NCBI GenBank assembly: GCA_965221215.1
Contig: OZ244872.1
Span: 3,030,340-3,094,339 of the forward strand
From: Candidatus Aldehydirespirator sp.
GTDB lineage: Bacteria > Actinomycetota > Acidimicrobiia > Acidimicrobiales > Aldehydirespiratoraceae
Reading direction: 5' to 3'
Length of the DNA stretch: 64,000 nucleotides
The notes beneath the pieces were generated by a model. The model ran no database searches. It was not told the origin of the DNA and was given only the letters and a program-made list of their open reading frames with translations. This document shows, one piece after another, positions 7,475 to 16,428 of the stretch. The position numbers and the translations under genes are program-made. How positions within the stretch are numbered: the stretch's first letter is position 1; every line of letters starts with the position of its first letter.

Positions 7475-9364
7475 GTGGATATGCAGGTAGAAGCGTCGGG
7501 CTCCACGGTTGCGCTTGACAGTCGGGTGGTGGAGCCTTCGGTTGCCAATGCCTTGCCGCACTTTGCACCGCTGTTGATCTTTCCGCTGGTGGTGTGCGCC
7601 GTTGTCTACGGCGGGTGGTGGCTGGCGGGGCCCTTCGCCCTGTTCGGGCTCACCGGCCAGTTCGACAAGCTCTCCGGCGTCGGCGAGCGCAACATGGATC
7701 CGGCCACCACCGAGGAGAGCCAGCTCTTCCTCTACAAGCTCTCGATGTGGCTGTGGGGCTTCGCATGGCCGGCGGCGCTCATATTCTCGCTTTGGCAGAT
7801 GCTGATCAGGGGACATCTGGCGCGGTGGGAGGTCGCGCTGATGGCCGTGATCCTGGCGCTGGTGGGCCAGTCGGTGTTCATCGTGGGCCACGAGCTGGTC
7901 CACCGGCGGGTCCGCTGGGAGCGCCGCCTCGGCGAGTTCCTGCTGGCCTCCTCGTCCTACCCGCACTACGCCACCGAGCACGTCTACATCCACCATCCCC
8001 ATGTGGGTACCCCCCTCGACCCCGGCTCGGCCCCCAAGGGCGTGTCGCTGTGGCGCTACCTGCCCCCCGAGCTGAAACACAACCTGCTGGGCGCCTGGGA
8101 GTTCGAGCAGCGCCGCCTGGCCCGCCGCAAGCTGCCGCCGTGGCACTACACCAACGCCTTCTGGCGCTACGGCGCGGCCATCGTCTTCTGGTACGGGCTG
8201 GTGCTGTGGCTGGGCGGCCCGTGGGCGCTGCTGATCTACGTCGCGCTGTGCAGCACGGTGATCTTGTCGATGAAGACCAGCAACTACGTGCAGCACTACG
8301 GCCTGCGACGGGTGCGCATGCCCAGCGGCCGGTTCGAGTCGGTGAAGCCACGGCACGCCTGGAGCGCCGACTACAAGTTCACCAACTGGATGTATTACAA
8401 CATGCAGCGCCACGCCGACCACCACACCTCGAGCCTGCGCTACCCGCTGCTGCAGTACTGCGACGAGTCGGCGTCGCCGCAGCTTCCCGGCAGCTACGTG
8501 CAGATGAACACTCTGGCGTTCTTCCCCAAGCAGTGGTTCGCCACCATCGATCCCCTGCTCGACCGCCAGCGGACCCAGTTCTATCCAGAGATCGACGACT
8601 GGAGCGCCTACGACAGCCGGGCCTTCGCGGCCCGCCCCGACGCCTTCGACGCCATCGCCGAGATCCATGCGGAGGACCGGTATCTGGCCGAGTGGATCAA
8701 CGCCTCGCCGGAGCTGCTCGATCGGCTGCGCGACCGGGAGTTCACCGACTTGGAACTGCCCGACGGCATCGGGCTTGACCCGGAGTCCGAGGCGATCGCC
8801 CGCCAAGGGCTGGCTCGCCTGTATTGGACACGCGAGCTGAGCCTGGCCGAGATGAGGGCCCAGCTCGACGAGATGCCGGTGCAGGACAGCCGCGAGGCGG
8901 TGGCGGCGGCGCTGGAATGGTCCAACGGCAAGGTCTTCCAGATCGCGGTGCATGTGATGCGCGGCAGCCTGTCGGCCGACGAGGCAGCTACGGCGCGATC
9001 GCGGGTGGCCGAGGCCTCCATCGCCTTCGTGCTGGCCGCGGTGCAGCAGGACCTCGCCGACCGGGGCCGCGGCCGGGGCCAGGGCCAGGTGGCGGTGGCC
9101 GTGCTGGCGCCTCCGGCCGGCGACGGGGAGATGCCGCACGAGCCGCACGAGCCGCTCAAGGTCTGGTTCGCGTGCGAGGGCGGCGCGGCGCTGTGCCGCC
9201 GTACTGGCAAGGCACTCGACGCCCTGTCGAGCGACAACCTGCTGCTCGCCCCGGCCCAGCGCGTCAGCCCGGTCGAAGGTCAGACGCCCGCCGAGTTCGC
9301 GGCACAGCTCCAAGCCCCCGGCTCGGAGCACGAGGTGGCAACGGTGGTGATAACCGAAGCCTGA
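7475..9364 (+). CDS. alkB: AlkB-family integral-membrane non-heme di-iron hydroxylase with a ~235-aa C-terminal extension
   Basis: All four signature boxes are present: HELVHRR, EHVYIHH, NYVQHYGL and QRHADHH. The canonical fold ends near aa ~395 (nt ~8657); another ~235 aa follow with no Cys pairs, so this is not a rubredoxin fusion. Confidence 0.75.
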   Translation: MDMQVEASGSTVALDSRVVEPSVANALPHFAPLLIFPLVVCAVVYGGWWLAGPFALFGLTGQFDKLSGVGERNMDPATTEESQLFLYKLSMWLWGFAWPAALIFSLWQMLIRGHLARWEVALMAVILALVGQSVFIVGHELVHRRVRWERRLGEFLLASSSYPHYATEHVYIHHPHVGTPLDPGSAPKGVSLWRYLPPELKHNLLGAWEFEQRRLARRKLPPWHYTNAFWRYGAAIVFWYGLVLWLGGPWALLIYVALCSTVILSMKTSNYVQHYGLRRVRMPSGRFESVKPRHAWSADYKFTNWMYYNMQRHADHHTSSLRYPLLQYCDESASPQLPGSYVQMNTLAFFPKQWFATIDPLLDRQRTQFYPEIDDWSAYDSRAFAARPDAFDAIAEIHAEDRYLAEWINASPELLDRLRDREFTDLELPDGIGLDPESEAIARQGLARLYWTRELSLAEMRAQLDEMPVQDSREAVAAALEWSNGKVFQIAVHVMRGSLSADEAATARSRVAEASIAFVLAAVQQDLADRGRGRGQGQVAVAVLAPPAGDGEMPHEPHEPLKVWFACEGGAALCRRTGKALDALSSDNLLLAPAQRVSPVEGQTPAEFAAQLQAPGSEHEVATVVITEA

Positions 9365-9462
9365 CCTAGCGGGGATGTCCAGGCGCCGATCTGTTACATG
9401 GCAGAGCGCCAAAGTGTTAGATGAAACGGTGCCAGATGGTCATGTGGAGCGTTTGCGCGCGC

Positions 9463-12435
9463 TCAGGCCAGCTGTCGGCTCATTAGGTTCTGGAAAGCGC
9501 CCGGCTCGGCGGACAGCGCTGCGAACGTGCCCTCCTGAACGACTCGGCCTTCTTTCATCACGTATATCCGGTCGGCTTGGCGCAGAGTGGACAGGCGGTG
9601 CGCCACCACGATCCGCGTGGAGGTCAGGCCCGACAGATTGTCGAGGATTGTGGACTGGGTCTCGGCGTCGAGCCAACTGGTGGCCTCGTCCAGCATCAGG
9701 ATGCGGGGCCGGCGGATCAGGGCGTGGGCGATCTGGATTCGCTGGCTCTCGCCGCCGGAGGTGAGGGTGGCGCCCGCGCCCACCGGCGTCAGCAATCCCA
9801 TCGGCATCGCCGCGATCTCGCGGTCGACCGCGGCCAGCTCCGCCGCCCGCCAAGCATCGGCAGCGGTGGCGCCCTCGTGGTCGCCCACGATGTTGTCCCA
9901 CAGATCCTGGGGATGCAGTCGCACCATCTGCGGCACCACACCGATCTGGCGGCGCACCTGCTTGAGGTCGAGCTGCTGCAGGTCGCGGCCGTCGAAGTAG
10001 ATCGATCCGCCCGACGGCTGCTCCAGTCCGAGGGCGAGCCGCAGCAGGGTGCTCTTGCCCGCGCCGGACTCGCCCGCGATGGCTATGAACTCGCCCTTGC
10101 CGGCCCGGATCGACACCTCGTCGAGGATCAGCGGCCCGCTGGGATCGTGGCGGAAGGAGACCTGATCGAACACGACTTCGCCCCGCAGCTCCTCCACGAA
10201 CTCCCCCTCGGCCCTGATCTCGGTGGACTCGGCCAGCAGCGGTCGGAGCTGGCTTGCCGCGGGCAACACTGCGGCCAGGGCGCCGAACGATTCGCCCAGC
10301 CGCACGACGGTCCTCTGGTAGAGCAGGAACAGCACGAAGACCACGATGAAGTCGCCAGCCGCCAGAGAGTCCGGGTCGAGCAGCGTGGTCGCCAGGACCA
10401 CCGCCGCCCCGGCCAGCGACGGCAGCGCCGTGCCGAGGGCCCGCAGGTGCGCCTCGTGGCTGCCCGCATCGAGTTCGGCGCGCTTCTGCTTGCGGTAGCC
10501 CCGGGCCCAGAGCGCGAACCCAGAGCCCTCGGCACCGGCCACCCGCAGCCGCGGAATGCCGTTGATGAGCTGGAACAGCCGGCCCGACAGGCGCCGGACC
10601 GCTTTCAGGCGGCGGTCGTGGGGGCCGATCAGCCGCAGTCCGAGCGCTGCCGTCACCAGCAGTGACGCCAGGCTGAAGCCGGCCAACAGCGCGGCGAGCC
10701 GGGCGTCGCGCCCCGCGATGAGCACGAACACGGGCGCTAGGAACAGGATCGAGAGCACCCCGTTGCCGATCACGCCGTGGGCGGCGTCGCGTGCGTTCTG
10801 GAACGCCATGCCCCGCAGAGCCAGGTCGTTGGCCGGGTAGCGCCGCAGCACCCCGGTGGGCAGCCGCAGCAGCCGGTCCCAGAAGGCGGCCTCCATGCGG
10901 GAGGCGGCCCGGCCCTCGATGCGCATCAGCGACATGCGGTGCAGCAGGTGCAGCAGGGCTCGTACCACCCCGAAGGCCACCAGCGCCAGGCTGAGCCCGT
11001 ACAGCATCCCGGTGTCGCCCGCCGGGATCGCCTCGTCGGCGGCGACGCCTAGCGCCACCGCGGGCAGCAGCATGATCAGCCCGCCCGCCAGCCCGGTCGC
11101 GGCGAAGCGGGCCAGCTCCGGGCCCAGGCCGGCTCGGGCCACGCGCCACAGATCGCGTAGGCCGGCGCCGGTGGCGGGCAGCGACGGGTAGAAGGTCCAG
11201 GCCTGCGGCTTCAGCGATCCGGCGTTGGCGTCGGTGATCCGTCGCTTGTGGCCGCGGGCGGGATCGACCTCCCGGTAGTTCCCCAGCGCGCTGGGCAGCA
11301 GCGCCACGGGCCGGTCGTCGGTGGCCCGGAACGCCAGCATGGCGCCGCTGTCGCCGACCCACCAGCGGTCTTCGGGGACCAGCCGCACCTTGCGGCCGCG
11401 CCCCCCGGAGGCGGCGAGCATTCTGGCCACGGCGGCATCGGTGGTGGCGGCATTGCTGTCGGGGGTTTCCGGCGGACGCTGGAACTCGATGCGCTCGCGC
11501 CGGCCGATCAACTCCAACACACGGTGCAGCCCCGAGGGTTCGGTCTCGTCGTCGCGGCCGCGGTCGTGGACGTCGAGCAGGCGGTGTCGGGCCTCGGATT
11601 CGACGGTGCGGCGGCTGCTGACCAGCGCCCGGGCCAGGTTCGCCTGATCGACGACGGCCAGCCGCCGGTTGAGCCGCTCAAGCGACAACGCCACCCGATT
11701 GAAGGCGCCCACCGCCTCCAACAGCAGCCCCCGCTCGGCCAGGGCGGCCGAGGAGGTCGCACCGATGTGCGTCGGCTGGGTGAGCGTGAGCCAGGTGGCG
11801 GGCGTCAGCGGCAATGCGCCGCCTTCGCCGGGGTCGGGCTGGGCCGGGTCGGTTTCGGATGGGTCGGTTTCGGACGGGTCGATCAGGTCCATGAACAGCC
11901 CCGTGGAGGCCGGCAATTCGGTGACCCACACCGTGCCGCGGCGGGCCGCGACCCGGCCGCTGCGCGCCGCCGGCGCCTCGCCGGATTTCAGGAGTGCATC
12001 CATGGGCGGATGGGCGGTGCCGCGGGCCAGCATGGCCGAGATATCCGCGATCCAGGCGTCCATCTGCTGAGCCAGCTCGGCGCGGTCGACCGCTTCCAGT
12101 TCCGAGAGCCGCATGTGCCGCAGCTTCGTGCCGGGCAGCCCCTTGGCGATCAGCTCCAGGGCCGAGGTCTCGTCGTAGTGGGGCTGGACTCCGATCAGCA
12201 GGCGACCGGTACCGGCCCTCAGCACATGCTGCGGCGCGGCCTGCTGGACTCCCTGCTGCTTCTCGACCAGGAACAGGTCGACCGCGCCGGATTCGACGAA
12301 CCACACAAATCCGGGGTCGTCCAACTCGACGGGCCGGTTGGCCGCGCTCGCCACCGCCACGCCCCGCCTGGCCGCGACCCGGCCAAGCCGCTCAGTCATC
12401 CGGCCGTCTCCGGTTGGCTCGGCCAGCTCAGTCAT
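9463..12435 (-). CDS. NHLM/NHLP-system ABC exporter, permease/ATPase with an N-terminal cNMP-binding-like domain
   Basis: 990 aa counted from the ATG in the ATGA overlap at 12432..12435. It has an N-terminal beta-barrel-like region (FVWFVESGAVDLFLV), a TM domain, Walker A GESGAGKST, signature SGGESQR and Walker B ILMLDEATS. Confidence 0.8.
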   Translation of the reverse strand: MTELAEPTGDGRMTERLGRVAARRGVAVASAANRPVELDDPGFVWFVESGAVDLFLVEKQQGVQQAAPQHVLRAGTGRLLIGVQPHYDETSALELIAKGLPGTKLRHMRLSELEAVDRAELAQQMDAWIADISAMLARGTAHPPMDALLKSGEAPAARSGRVAARRGTVWVTELPASTGLFMDLIDPSETDPSETDPAQPDPGEGGALPLTPATWLTLTQPTHIGATSSAALAERGLLLEAVGAFNRVALSLERLNRRLAVVDQANLARALVSSRRTVESEARHRLLDVHDRGRDDETEPSGLHRVLELIGRRERIEFQRPPETPDSNAATTDAAVARMLAASGGRGRKVRLVPEDRWWVGDSGAMLAFRATDDRPVALLPSALGNYREVDPARGHKRRITDANAGSLKPQAWTFYPSLPATGAGLRDLWRVARAGLGPELARFAATGLAGGLIMLLPAVALGVAADEAIPAGDTGMLYGLSLALVAFGVVRALLHLLHRMSLMRIEGRAASRMEAAFWDRLLRLPTGVLRRYPANDLALRGMAFQNARDAAHGVIGNGVLSILFLAPVFVLIAGRDARLAALLAGFSLASLLVTAALGLRLIGPHDRRLKAVRRLSGRLFQLINGIPRLRVAGAEGSGFALWARGYRKQKRAELDAGSHEAHLRALGTALPSLAGAAVVLATTLLDPDSLAAGDFIVVFVLFLLYQRTVVRLGESFGALAAVLPAASQLRPLLAESTEIRAEGEFVEELRGEVVFDQVSFRHDPSGPLILDEVSIRAGKGEFIAIAGESGAGKSTLLRLALGLEQPSGGSIYFDGRDLQQLDLKQVRRQIGVVPQMVRLHPQDLWDNIVGDHEGATAADAWRAAELAAVDREIAAMPMGLLTPVGAGATLTSGGESQRIQIAHALIRRPRILMLDEATSWLDAETQSTILDNLSGLTSTRIVVAHRLSTLRQADRIYVMKEGRVVQEGTFAALSAEPGAFQNLMSRQLA

Positions 12436-14615
12436 CCGGCCAGCTCCGTGTGAACCAGGCGGTGGTAGATGCCGTCGGTGTCGGCCATCAGCTCGTCGTG
12501 GGTGCCTCGCTGCACCGCCGTGCCCGCATCGAGCACGATGATCTGGTCGCAGTCGCGCACCGTGCTCAGCCGGTGGGCGATGATCAGGCAGCTCACGCCC
12601 CGGCGGCGCAGCGCGTCGTCGACGGAGACCTCGGTAGTGGCGTCGAGCGCGCTGGTGGCCTCGTCGAGGATCAGCACCGTCGGATTCGGAACCAGGGCCC
12701 GGGCGATCTCCAGGCGCTGGCGCTGGCCGCCGCTGAAGTTGACCCCGTCCTCGGCCACCTCGGCGCCGTAGCCGCCGGGCCGTTTGAGGATGTCGTCGTG
12801 GATGGCGGCGTCGCGGGCCGCGGCGACCAAGTCGTCGTCGAGAACGGCCGGGTTCCACAACGCCAGGTTGTCTCGCACGGTGGCCGAGAACAGGACGGTG
12901 CGCTGGTCCACCATCGACACGGAGCGGGCCAGCACCTCGTCGGGAATCTCGTCGCGGGACCGGCCGTCGAAGCGGATCTCACCCGACCAGGGGTGCAGCA
13001 GGCCCGCCACCAGGCGCGACAGCGTCGACTTTCCCGATCCGCTCGGACCCACCACCGCCACCCGCTGGCCCGGCTCGAAGGCCAGGCTGAAGCCCTTGAT
13101 CAGCGGGGGTCGGTTGCGGTTGTAGCCGAAGGTCACGTCGCGCAGGTCGACGTGGCCGGCCAGGCGCAGCCGCCCGTCGACGGTGGCGATCGACTGCGAC
13201 GGCTCGGTGCGGCGGGCCGCGCCCGGATCCACCGGCGTCTCGATGATGTCGTCGAGGCGCTGCATGTCGGTCAGCAGGGTCTGGCGCTCGTGGGCGAACT
13301 CGGCGAAGCGCCCCACCGGCTCCAGGAACATGATCGCCACGAGGTAGACGGCCACCAGCCCGCCCAGCGTCAAGTCGCTGTCGGCCACCCTGGCGGCGCC
13401 CAGCGCCAGCACCGCCGCGCTCCCCAGGAACATGAACATGTCGGGGGCGACGGCCATGAGGTTGCTCAGCTCGAAGAAGCGCTGGCGGGTCTGCAGCTCG
13501 CGGGCCTGATGGCCGCTCCAGCGGCCGAACATGTGATCCTCGGCGGCCGCCATGCGCAGGTTGTCGGCCTGGCTCAGCATGATCGTGCTGATGCCGGCCA
13601 GCAGGCCCTGCTCGCGGCGCAGGGCGGAGGCTGCGTCGGCACGGATCCTCGCCACCGGGCGCAGCAGCAGCACCCCCAACGCCGCCAGGAGCAGCACCGC
13701 CGCGGCCAGCAGGGGGTCGTAGGCCGCCATCGCCACCAGGAACACCGCGCTCATGGCGACATCGACCAGCATGCCTCCGAAGCGTTCCGACAGGCCCTGG
13801 GCAACCTTGTCGACCGACAGGATGCGGGCGGTGAGGTCGCCGACCAGCCGGTGGCTGAAGTAGTCGATCGGCAGGCGCAGCAGATGCGACACGCAGCGGT
13901 TGCCGAGGGCTATCGAGACGCGGGTCGCCAGCCGTCCCAGCAAGCGCTGCTTCAGCCAAGAGACGCCGTACACGGCCAGTCCCGCCGCGGCCAGCGCCCC
14001 GGCCAGGCCGTATCCCCACGATTCGCCCTCGGCGAGCACGCGGTCGATGAACAGGCCGGCGGCCAGGGGCGCGGCCAGGGCGATCACGGCCAGGACCAGC
14101 CCACAGACGATGGTCCACACCAGCGGGCTCCAGGCGGCGCTCAGCCAGGCGGGCAGGCGCGGCAGCAGCCCTGTGGGTGCCCCTGCGGGCTCGAACTCCG
14201 GGCTCGGCTGAAAGGTCAGAGCCACCCCGGTGAACCCCTCGTCGAACTCTTGGGGGGTGAGCCGGCGGTGTCCCGAGGCCGGGTCGTTCAGGTAGATCCA
14301 CTTGCTGTCGAATCCCTCCAGCACCACGAAGTGGTTGAACTCCCAGAAGAGGATCATCGGCAGCGCCATCTGCTTGAGTCGGTCCACCGGCGCGCTCCAG
14401 CCCGAGCCCTCGAGACCGTAGTGCCGGGCCGCCCGCATAAGTCCGCCGGCCGTGGATCCGTCCCGTCCGACCTCGCAGGTGTCGCGCAGTTCGGTCAGCG
14501 GCTCCCAGCGCCCGAAGTGGGCCAGCACGCTGCCGAGGCAGGCCGCGCCGCACTCGGTTGCGTGGGTTTGCAGGAACAGCGGAGTGACGACCCTGCTGCC
14601 CTGAGTGTTCGCCAT
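12432..14615 (-). CDS. NHLP-system ABC exporter with an N-terminal C39 peptidase domain (peptidase/permease/ATPase)
   Basis: C39 catalytic Cys context (QTHATECGAACLGSVLAHFG), TM domain, Walker A GPSGSGKST, signature FSGGQRQR, Walker B LILDEATSALD. The start is taken at MANTQGS (14615). Confidence 0.85.
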   Translation of the reverse strand: MANTQGSRVVTPLFLQTHATECGAACLGSVLAHFGRWEPLTELRDTCEVGRDGSTAGGLMRAARHYGLEGSGWSAPVDRLKQMALPMILFWEFNHFVVLEGFDSKWIYLNDPASGHRRLTPQEFDEGFTGVALTFQPSPEFEPAGAPTGLLPRLPAWLSAAWSPLVWTIVCGLVLAVIALAAPLAAGLFIDRVLAEGESWGYGLAGALAAAGLAVYGVSWLKQRLLGRLATRVSIALGNRCVSHLLRLPIDYFSHRLVGDLTARILSVDKVAQGLSERFGGMLVDVAMSAVFLVAMAAYDPLLAAAVLLLAALGVLLLRPVARIRADAASALRREQGLLAGISTIMLSQADNLRMAAAEDHMFGRWSGHQARELQTRQRFFELSNLMAVAPDMFMFLGSAAVLALGAARVADSDLTLGGLVAVYLVAIMFLEPVGRFAEFAHERQTLLTDMQRLDDIIETPVDPGAARRTEPSQSIATVDGRLRLAGHVDLRDVTFGYNRNRPPLIKGFSLAFEPGQRVAVVGPSGSGKSTLSRLVAGLLHPWSGEIRFDGRSRDEIPDEVLARSVSMVDQRTVLFSATVRDNLALWNPAVLDDDLVAAARDAAIHDDILKRPGGYGAEVAEDGVNFSGGQRQRLEIARALVPNPTVLILDEATSALDATTEVSVDDALRRRGVSCLIIAHRLSTVRDCDQIIVLDAGTAVQRGTHDELMADTDGIYHRLVHTELAG

Positions 14616-14620
14616 CGGAT

Positions 14621-14809
14621 CTATCCGAGCAGGGCGGCGGGAGAGTATTGCCCGCCGAGGGCAACCCACAGCGCGGCGCCGAGAAGAATCAGTCCAACGG
14701 CAACCAGAACAATGCGTTGATGGGCCGCGGTGACACGGAGCAGACGGTCAAGTTGTTGGCGGCTGGACCTCGCCGCGATGGCTTGCTCCCGGAACGGGTT
14801 GTTGAACAT
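14621..14809 (-). CDS. 62-aa membrane-anchored stub resembling the N-terminus of HlyD-family NHLM secretion proteins
   Basis: NPFREQAIAARSSRQQLDRLLRVTAAHQRIVLVAVGLILLGAALWVALGG matches the FR.eAl....s.eqLD.ll.v + TM start of HlyD-type adaptors. The ORF stops 5 nt before the ABC start, and no coiled-coil or beta-barrel part is present. Confidence 0.5.
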   Translation of the reverse strand: MFNNPFREQAIAARSSRQQLDRLLRVTAAHQRIVLVAVGLILLGAALWVALGGQYSPAALLG

Positions 14810-14905
14810 GGAGTGAGTCTGTTTCCGTGAGTCTGTTGCGGACGGTGGCGCAATGACGTAGCGTTGCCCCGTTCAGTGTGCCCAATTGTCCACGGAGGTA
14901 ACAAT

Positions 14906-15190
14906 ATGAACACCATGGTGCAGTCGGCGGTACAGACGGCCGACGAGATGCAGCGCCAGCTGGTTGCCCGGGCGGCAGAGGATGCTGGCTTCCGCGCTCA
15001 GCTCGTTGCCGATCCCAAGGCGACCGTCAAGCAGGAGTTCGGCATCGACGTGCCCGACTCCGTCAACATTTCGGTGCATGAGAGCAACCTGAACGATCTG
15101 CACCTTGTCCTGCCCCCCGACGGCTCGGCCATCGAGCTCGACGAGGAGCGGCTGGAAGCGATAGCCGCGGGACTCTCCTGCTGCACCTGA
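14906..15190 (+). CDS. NHLP (nitrile-hydratase-like leader peptide) RiPP precursor, 89-aa leader plus 5-aa core LSCCT
   Basis: GGAGG lies 7 nt upstream of ATG 14906. The leader (QLVARAAEDAGFRAQLVADPKATVKQEFGIDVPDSVNISVHESNLNDLHLVLPP...LDEERLEAIAAG) aligns with the NHLP consensus, including the VLPP motif and the EL..V.GG-type cleavage motif. The C-terminus is LSCCT*. Confidence 0.85.
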   Translation: MNTMVQSAVQTADEMQRQLVARAAEDAGFRAQLVADPKATVKQEFGIDVPDSVNISVHESNLNDLHLVLPPDGSAIELDEERLEAIAAGLSCCT

Positions 15191-15248
15191 GCGGTCGCCT
15201 TCGAGCTCGCGGCCAGCCCGGAGCTTGAAGCGTCCACACCATCTGAAT

Positions 15249-15274
15249 CGGTGACCGCGGGGGCGCGGCCACCG
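15249..15274. terminator. Candidate bidirectional hairpin between convergent genes
   Basis: cggtgaccgcg-gggg-cgcggccaccg forms an 11-bp stem with 1 mismatch. It lies between the precursor stop (15190) and the stop of ORF 15288..16385. Confidence 0.35.
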
Positions 15275-15287
15275 ATTCGTGCTGTTC

Positions 15288-16385
15288 TCAGGGGGTGAAT
15301 CCCCCCGACAGCCAACAGAACACGTAGGCCTTGACCGCGTCGACTCGTTCATCGGTCAGTGTTGTCTTGAAGTGGTGTATCCCCCTCACTGCGAACAGCA
15401 TTCCTCGGCGTCCGAACACCGCTTCTGTGCCCGCCCATGACTCTGCAAGGGTGGACAGTTTCTCCGGCACTACCAGTTCCGAGGCGCTCAGGCCGCTTAT
15501 GAGCCGCTCCCAGGGTTCGACGTCCTTCAGCCATTGGGCGCTCGGGGGGTAGTAGCTCACCCCCAACTCGGGCCGGATGCCGTCGGAATCGACGTCAACG
15601 TGCGCTGCCAAGTAGCCGAAGGCGTTCTGCGACTCGAGGTTTCCGACGAACGAGGCGATGCCCTCGGGTTGTCCCGGCCAGCCGGCCCGCCGTAGGAACG
15701 TTGTGAGTTCTTCGGTGTTGGCAATACCGGTCACGGCCACTCGCAAGGCCCTGGCTCGATCAGGGAAGCCGCCCACGGTGCCGACATGGGCGCTCGGCGG
15801 CTTGGCCTCGAACAGTCGCTCGGCGTGTCGCCGCTCTTGCGTGTCGGGCGCCCAACCGCAAGCGCTGACGACCGCGTCGGTGATGGCGCTGAGATCCTCG
15901 GTGGCCTGGACCTCGCCGGCCGAGTCGGCGCTGGGGTAGAGGAAGATCCCCGGGGTGGGGAAGGGTGCCTGATCGATGTCGAACTCGAGCAGCAGCTTGG
16001 CGTGGGCGATGCCATGCAGCGAGGTCCGGTCGCGTTCCATGTCGCGCAATATGCCTACGACCGCCTGTGCGTACGAGTCTTCGGGCTGTGACTGTGCCCA
16101 CTGCTTGAAGTGCGCTGCCGACAGGGTGCCATGGAACAACGCCACGCCCAGATCGGCGTTGGGCTCGGATTCGTGGAGCCGCAGCTCGAACCCGAAACCG
16201 GAGGTGGCCAGGCTGACAGGCAGTGCGTTGGCCCGCTCCACCAGCCGGTTCCATCCGGCGCCGTCGATGAGCGCTGAGGGAATCCGGTCCTTGAACTGCT
16301 CCAGCAGCTCGCCGACGGAGTCCGCCTGGGCCAGCATGTGCTCTTCGATCGCGGCTCGAGCCTGCTCGACCTCCGTCGCTGCCAT
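15288..16385 (-). CDS. Hypothetical protein (365 aa), last gene of the cyclodehydratase operon; no family recognised
   Basis: Clean ORF with ordinary amino-acid composition, 43 nt downstream of the YcaO gene stop. It shows recurring short beta-strand-like segments (GFELRL, LLLEFDI, LRVAVTG, AAHVDVD, GVSYY, VKAYVF). Confidence 0.6.
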   Translation of the reverse strand: MAATEVEQARAAIEEHMLAQADSVGELLEQFKDRIPSALIDGAGWNRLVERANALPVSLATSGFGFELRLHESEPNADLGVALFHGTLSAAHFKQWAQSQPEDSYAQAVVGILRDMERDRTSLHGIAHAKLLLEFDIDQAPFPTPGIFLYPSADSAGEVQATEDLSAITDAVVSACGWAPDTQERRHAERLFEAKPPSAHVGTVGGFPDRARALRVAVTGIANTEELTTFLRRAGWPGQPEGIASFVGNLESQNAFGYLAAHVDVDSDGIRPELGVSYYPPSAQWLKDVEPWERLISGLSASELVVPEKLSTLAESWAGTEAVFGRRGMLFAVRGIHHFKTTLTDERVDAVKAYVFCWLSGGFTP

Positions 16386-16428
16386 CGTGTCCCCCCTTTG
16401 TTCCCCCTATGCGTCCTGTAGGCGCGGC

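Noticed and set aside
7250-9412. 720-aa ORF on the minus strand covering the whole AlkB-like gene
   Set aside because: It is antisense to a gene with four intact His boxes. Its product is Arg/Gly/Pro/His-rich and low in complexity, which is typical of shadow ORFs in high-G+C DNA.
11994-14720. 908-aa plus-strand ORF antisense to both ABC exporter genes. The same applies to 9577..10665 and 11248..12453.
   Set aside because: These are shadow ORFs opposite genes with clear Walker, signature and C39 motifs, and their composition is dominated by R/G/A/P/H.
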